Origin: Bacteroidota bacterium
GTDB taxonomy: Bacteria > Bacteroidota > Bacteroidia > Chitinophagales > Chitinophagaceae
Assembly (NCBI GenBank): GCA_023423015.1
Contig: JAFAGE010000298.1
Coordinates: 1 to 31,126 of the forward strand
Length of the DNA stretch: 31,126 bases
Reading direction: 5' to 3'
The position numbers and the translations under genes were made by a program. Within the stretch, counting starts at the first letter, position 1. Each line of letters opens with the position of its first letter. Below, in pieces: positions 26,237-31,126 of the stretch. A model generated the notes under the pieces. That model made no database searches. It was not told where the DNA came from and worked only from the letters and a program-made list of their open reading frames with translations.

Positions 26237-28120
26237 ATGAAGAAGCTTTTCTCATCTATGCTGGTATGCATCGCGGCTGCATTGCAGGCTACTTCGCAGA
26301 TCGCTTACGACGCAGCTTCTATCCCGGCAACTTTACAGGAAAATGCAGACGTAGTTAAACGTTTTGAAGAGATAAAATTCGAGGTGAAAGATGTTGACCG
26401 TGCAATTTACCGTGTACATCGTGTTTACACAGTGCTCAATGAAAAAGCTGCTTCCAGGTTCAGTTTTGTTGAACACACCACGAAGTTCAAACGTATCGAG
26501 GATTTCGATATCAAATGTTACGATGGAAATGGCAGAGTAGTTGACAAGTATCGAAAAAAAGATCTGCACAAACAGGCTGTTTTCAGTGGCCTGGTATCTG
26601 ATGGCTTTGTACATTTTATAAACCCCCGGCCAACCAGATATCCCGCTACAATAGAATACGAATATGAAATAGAATATACGGGCACCGCCTGGTACCCGGA
26701 GTACGAAATGCAGGAGCCCGGAGAAAGCATCCAGTACAGCACTTTTATTGCCACAGCCCCGCCTGATTTGGATCTTAGGTTCAAGGCACGCCACACGAAT
26801 ATAAAACCGGAAGTGTCTTTGAACGGAAAAGTAAAGATGTACAAATGGACCGTACAAAATCAATCGGCAACTCCCGACGAAGAAAACGAGGCATCTGCTA
26901 ATGGCGAATCACCCGGCATTGTACTCGCTCCAAACAAATTCAGGCTGTACAACACCTACGGCGATATGAGTTCGTGGAAGTCATTCGGCGTCTGGGGCTA
27001 TCAGCTCCTTGAGGGAAGAGATCAGCTACCGGCTGAAAGATTAGCTTTTTTCTCTGACCTGGTTAAAGATGCAAAAACCGACCAGGAAAAAGTTGCCATC
27101 ATCTACGATTACCTGCAGAAAAACTTCAGATATGTAGCCATAACCCTCGGTCTTGGGGGGTGGCAACCCTTTCCCGCCAGGTTTACCGACGAGAAAAAAT
27201 ATGGCGATTGTAAAGGATTAAGTTTTTATGTGAGCTCAATTCTGAAACACCTCAATATTAAAAGCTATTGCGCGCTCATTTATCGCGACTACGTTTCGGA
27301 AGAAATTGATCCGGATTTTCCCCAGAATACATTCAATCACGTGATCCTTTGTGTACCTATAAACAAAGACACCATCTGGCTTGAATGTACCAGCAACACC
27401 TTGCGATTTGCAACCCTTGATGCAACTACTGCGGGAAGGAAAGCGTTGTTGCTGACGGAACAGGGAGGCGTGCTCGTATCTACCCCCAACACAAGCAGCG
27501 CAAACAATGTTGTATCTACCACAACACAGGTGTGGCTGCAGGCCGACGGTTCAGGAAAGTCCAGCTCTTTCATATCTACACGAGGTGAATGGAGCGAGAT
27601 TGCTCATGAAATCGGTCAGTCGAACAAAGACGAGCAGAAAAGCGCACTCGTCCGTTTTCTTGGATTTAAACAACCGGATGAATTTTCTGTGGCTCAGAAT
27701 AAACACGCCGGGCAGATGGGTGTGGAGATGACGATCGAGAAAATACCGCAGTTCACCGCAGGAACCAAGATGTTCCTTAACCAGCATCTAAATCTGAAGA
27801 CGAGAAAACTGCCCTCGGCAAAAAACAGGAAAACGGACTTTTATTTCAGTTTTCCATTCACGCAAACGGATACTACTGTTTATCATCTTCCCGATGGATA
27901 TTATCCTGAAGTACTGCCCAAAGCAACGTCGTCGAAGTGTGATTATGGAGAATATGAAATCAATGTAATCTACGATGCGGAAAAAAAGCAGGTGATCAGT
28001 GTTTCCAGGTTGCAACTGAATCAACACAGAATCCCTGCTGCCAAATATGAACAGGTAAAAACATTCTTCGACAAGCTTGCAACAGACCAATCGCAAAAAC
28101 TGGTGGTAAAAACGGATTAG
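26237..28120 (+). CDS. DUF3857 / transglutaminase-like secreted protein with catalytic Cys and His
   Basis: Signal ATS|Q; FRYVAITLGLGGWQP, YGDCKGLS, FNHVILCVP, WLECT; C-terminal LPDGYYPEVLPK. Confidence 0.85.
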   Translation: MKKLFSSMLVCIAAALQATSQIAYDAASIPATLQENADVVKRFEEIKFEVKDVDRAIYRVHRVYTVLNEKAASRFSFVEHTTKFKRIEDFDIKCYDGNGRVVDKYRKKDLHKQAVFSGLVSDGFVHFINPRPTRYPATIEYEYEIEYTGTAWYPEYEMQEPGESIQYSTFIATAPPDLDLRFKARHTNIKPEVSLNGKVKMYKWTVQNQSATPDEENEASANGESPGIVLAPNKFRLYNTYGDMSSWKSFGVWGYQLLEGRDQLPAERLAFFSDLVKDAKTDQEKVAIIYDYLQKNFRYVAITLGLGGWQPFPARFTDEKKYGDCKGLSFYVSSILKHLNIKSYCALIYRDYVSEEIDPDFPQNTFNHVILCVPINKDTIWLECTSNTLRFATLDATTAGRKALLLTEQGGVLVSTPNTSSANNVVSTTTQVWLQADGSGKSSSFISTRGEWSEIAHEIGQSNKDEQKSALVRFLGFKQPDEFSVAQNKHAGQMGVEMTIEKIPQFTAGTKMFLNQHLNLKTRKLPSAKNRKTDFYFSFPFTQTDTTVYHLPDGYYPEVLPKATSSKCDYGEYEINVIYDAEKKQVISVSRLQLNQHRIPAAKYEQVKTFFDKLATDQSQKLVVKTD

Positions 28121-30057
28121 GCGTTTACAACGGCCTCTTCACCATACAGCTGATCCCGGAATTTCAACGATGGTGATGGAATAAATTCGCCTATCCCAAG
28201 GCTGCTCCATTTTTTGTCAACCGACTCAATTGTTTCCCGTGCAGCAACGATAATGTTCGGCCAGTCGCGCTGAAAATTGTCGAACTCCTTTGTTTTAATC
28301 GTTCCGTCAAAACCCATACAGGCGAACAGAAGAGATTCGTCGGTAAACGAAGGCCGCTGTGCCAGTATCGAATCGCGCTTCGGATCCACGTTGTTACAAA
28401 ACCGCCATAAAGCCACCGGAAGGTCGTTTGCATCAACGGTGTGTTCAACATACAAAATGATCTTTACACCTTCCATTGATTGTTCATTGCACAACTGCTC
28501 ATGCAGTTGTCGTACATGGCCCTTGCGGTTTTTTTCAACGCTGACAATCACACAGGGAATCTCCATCTGAAGGAGGCTGTAATTGAATGCAGTTATTTCA
28601 GGAAATTTCTTCATGATATCTTCTGCATGGGGACGAGCGTCGGTTTTCACATACAATGTATCGTTCTGCTCTTCTTCAAATTTCCATGTGCCGTCAATGC
28701 ACATCTTTCCTCCAAAGCCCAGTTTGCTGCAACTGTGATCAAGCACGTCCATCGGACCCTGCGAAAAGTAGATATCCGTTGCAGGATTCAGATTTTTGAA
28801 TACATCCTTCGCCAGGATTTCATAATCCGACAAACGGTAATTTTGCTGTTTGTCATATGGATGACCCGTCAGAACAAGGATCTTGTTAAACATCATCTGT
28901 CCCGCTCCCCACATCGCATTCATCACTTTCTGTCCCTGTCCTGCATATTCCTTATTGATCTTTGTGATCACAAGGTTGTGAAACACGCCTTCTACCGGCA
29001 TCTCCATATCTACTATTTCCGGCACCATGGTCATTTTAATCGGAGCAAGAAAAATTCTTTCCGTTGCTTTACCGAGCCATGCGTCTTCCTGTGGAGGAAT
29101 TCCAACAATAGTTGCAGGATACACCGGGTTTCTGCGATGCGTTATAGCAGTGATGTGAAAACGGGGATACCAGTCCGGCAACGAATAATACCCGGTGTGA
29201 TCACCAAAAGGACCCTCCCAGATCATTTCATCGTCGGGATCTACATATCCTTCAATAATAATATCAGCATCATCGGGAACTTCAATTTCAGGCTGCGTGA
29301 GACATTTCACCAGTTCTACTTTCTTTTTTCGAAGAAATCCTGCAAGCATGTATTCGTCCACGTTCTCGGGAAGCGGCGCGGTTGCGGAGTATGCATATAC
29401 AGGGTCTCCGCCAAGCGCTACTGCTACGGGCATTCTTTTCCCTAGCTTTTTGTATTCGTTGAAGTGTTTTGCACTCACCTTGTGTTTGTGCCAGTGCATC
29501 CCGGTGAGGGTGGGCCCGAATACCTGCATGCGGTACATGCCTACGTTCCGGGTGCGCGTCTGAGGATCGCGGGTGTGTATGATCGGCAGGGTAACAAATG
29601 GTCCTCCATCTTTTGGCCAGCAGGTGATCACCGGTAGCTTTGTGATTTCGGGTTCGCTCATCACAACTTCCTGGCAGGCTCCCCTACCGCTTTTTGATTT
29701 GGGCATCCATGAAGCAAACTGCCCAAGCTTCGGCAATAGTTTCAGTTTGTCGATAATTCCTTCTTTGGGCGACGACAGAAGGTGAAATAGATTTTCGATC
29801 TCCTTCGCGGTGTCATCAAGGTGCTGCACCCCCAACGCGAGGCACATTCTTCTTTCGCTGCCATAAGCATTCATCAGCACGGGAAAATCGTAGCCCGTGT
29901 TTTCAAACAAAAGCGCTTTACCACCTCCGGGTGTTTTGCTGATTCTGTCTGTTATCTCTGCTATCTCGAGTTTTGGATCAACGTAAGCCTGTATGCGAAC
30001 TAACTCTCCGGCCTTTTCGAGTGTATCAATAAAATGTTGCTGATTGCGGTACGCCAT
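28117..30057 (-). CDS. UbiD-family prenyl-FMN decarboxylase, menaquinone-biosynthesis (futalosine-type) subfamily
   Basis: CWPKDGGPFVT, RNVGMYRMQ, EGPFGDHTGYY, VGIPPQED, EGVFHNL, MWGAGQMM and GPMDVLDH. ATG 30057 (MAYRNQQ) preferred over 30102, which overlaps the upstream gene. The stop overlaps the convergent gene by 4 nt. Confidence 0.9.
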   Translation of the reverse strand: MAYRNQQHFIDTLEKAGELVRIQAYVDPKLEIAEITDRISKTPGGGKALLFENTGYDFPVLMNAYGSERRMCLALGVQHLDDTAKEIENLFHLLSSPKEGIIDKLKLLPKLGQFASWMPKSKSGRGACQEVVMSEPEITKLPVITCWPKDGGPFVTLPIIHTRDPQTRTRNVGMYRMQVFGPTLTGMHWHKHKVSAKHFNEYKKLGKRMPVAVALGGDPVYAYSATAPLPENVDEYMLAGFLRKKKVELVKCLTQPEIEVPDDADIIIEGYVDPDDEMIWEGPFGDHTGYYSLPDWYPRFHITAITHRRNPVYPATIVGIPPQEDAWLGKATERIFLAPIKMTMVPEIVDMEMPVEGVFHNLVITKINKEYAGQGQKVMNAMWGAGQMMFNKILVLTGHPYDKQQNYRLSDYEILAKDVFKNLNPATDIYFSQGPMDVLDHSCSKLGFGGKMCIDGTWKFEEEQNDTLYVKTDARPHAEDIMKKFPEITAFNYSLLQMEIPCVIVSVEKNRKGHVRQLHEQLCNEQSMEGVKIILYVEHTVDANDLPVALWRFCNNVDPKRDSILAQRPSFTDESLLFACMGFDGTIKTKEFDNFQRDWPNIIVAARETIESVDKKWSSLGIGEFIPSPSLKFRDQLYGEEAVVNA

Positions 30058-30066
30058 AATAGACCG

Positions 30067-30074
30067 CAAAATTA
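30067..30074 (-). promoter_or_regulatory. -7 element (TAATTTTG) for the UbiD-family gene
   Basis: Exact TAnnTTTG, 9 nt before ATG 30057. Confidence 0.55.
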
Positions 30075-30080
30075 CTCCCT

Positions 30081-30935
30081 TTACAGTACAGTTGCGGGAC
30101 AATCCATACTGCCTCTGCGAACACGTGCACCAAGGATCTTACCATCCGTATTGGTGATGCCTATAGACAACGTTAGTCCGGAGAAGTAATACCAGTCTTT
30201 GTATCTCGACCCCCCGCGTACGGTGTTTGCAATAGGATAAGGCTCACCCGGTTTGATTTCATTGCCGCGAAAAGCCATTGAAACCGCGCGTTCACCCTTA
30301 TTGGCAAGCAGTTGCTCGCGATCTACATAGGTGGTGCTGACGTCGTCGAGGTAATCCGTAAACGTTTTCCGGATTCCGATTTCATATCCCAGGTGAACAT
30401 TGTCTGTTACCCGCATCCTTATACCGGCACCAAAAGGAACACTTAGGGTAAGGATGCGATACATATTTCGCCCCCGAACAAAGCCTTGCCCTTCTGTACT
30501 CAGGTTGCGTAATGCTACCACCCGTCCATCGCGATCAACGGCTTTAGGATTGAACCGGAAAAATGCGCCGCCGGCAAATACAAATGGCGTAATAGTATAA
30601 CTATTCAGATCGAAGAATGAATAATCTGCAACAAGTGCTGCTTCCCATATGTTCGAATGAAAACTAAGATTGCGGTCGCGATTCATCGGCCGGCTGCTGA
30701 ATCGGTCGGCTCCCGATACTTTGCCTTTGCGTAGCGTGCCCTGGATCTGCAGTTTAGGCATAAGCTGGTAACTCAATCCGGCGCCAAATGCAAAATGCGA
30801 TTGGTCGAAAGTGAACTTTTTTTCCTGGAGGTCTCCGGAATAATTAGAAAAGCCACCAGCCAGAATGAGGTTCATTTTTCTTTGGCCGAAAACCACGCAT
30901 GGCACCAATAACAGCAACAACAGGTTCCACTTCAT
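30081..30935 (-). CDS. DUF6089 / PorG-like outer membrane beta-barrel protein
   Basis: Signal MKWNLLLLLLVPCVVFG|Q; NYSGDL, RNLSFHS, LSTEGQG, FTDYLDDVS and DWYYFSG; alternating beta-strand pattern. ATG 30935 preferred over GTG 31055. Confidence 0.78.
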   Translation of the reverse strand: MKWNLLLLLLVPCVVFGQRKMNLILAGGFSNYSGDLQEKKFTFDQSHFAFGAGLSYQLMPKLQIQGTLRKGKVSGADRFSSRPMNRDRNLSFHSNIWEAALVADYSFFDLNSYTITPFVFAGGAFFRFNPKAVDRDGRVVALRNLSTEGQGFVRGRNMYRILTLSVPFGAGIRMRVTDNVHLGYEIGIRKTFTDYLDDVSTTYVDREQLLANKGERAVSMAFRGNEIKPGEPYPIANTVRGGSRYKDWYYFSGLTLSIGITNTDGKILGARVRRGSMDCPATVL

Positions 30936-31066
30936 AAATAACAACTTTTTACTGCACGGGATTAGCTGGTCGCCAGAGGATTGGATCGGAAAGATGAAGA
31001 ATTTTCTGCATAGCAATATAGTGCTATCGTAAGTCGAAAAAAATAGTTCATGCACGTTTTTTATAG

Positions 31067-31074
31067 TAGATTTG
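31067..31074 (+). promoter_or_regulatory. -7 element (TAGATTTG) for a plus-strand gene starting at or beyond the right window edge
   Basis: Exact TAnnTTTG followed by CAGCCC. Candidate ATGs lie at 31099 and 31113, but the downstream gene cannot be identified. Confidence 0.55.
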
Positions 31075-31126
31075 CAGCCCTTTAAACACGGTCCGTTGAT
31101 GATTCAGCGGCTATGCAAAAAGAGGA

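Noticed and set aside
28480..29445. 321-aa plus-strand ORF
   Set aside because: Entirely antisense to the well-supported UbiD-family gene and lacks protein-like motifs.

Overview
Gene-dense chromosomal segment from a Bacteroidota bacterium, probably Chitinophagaceae-like. The phylum call rests on TAnnTTTG promoter boxes, Gln directly after predicted signal peptides, and DUF3857/DUF6089-type genes. I found no rRNA, tRNA, CRISPR array or transposase. Left part: 5' portion of serA (runs off the window edge), two convergent lipoprotein hydrolases, a CBM20-GH77 4-alpha-glucanotransferase coupled to a dipeptide epimerase, a 51-aa membrane protein missing from the ORF track, a YafK/DpaA-like enzyme fused to a TonB C-terminal domain, and divergent hppD and purK. 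Middle: a tripartite RND efflux pump, then six overlapping genes (sugar MFS, NagA, atypical SDR, atypical DHDPS-family aldolase, M20 amidohydrolase, ApbE). Right: a TraB/GumN protein, a DUF3857-transglutaminase-like pair (one with, one without the catalytic Cys/His), a UbiD-family decarboxylase and a DUF6089 beta-barrel. The best candidate for an undescribed system is the six-gene operon, which looks like an uncharacterised N-acyl amino-sugar catabolic pathway. Next are the YafK-TonB fusion and two (C/T)TCACCN heptamer arrays that sit at convergent gene ends and supply the stop codon. All protein calls come from motif recognition by eye; no database searches were run.
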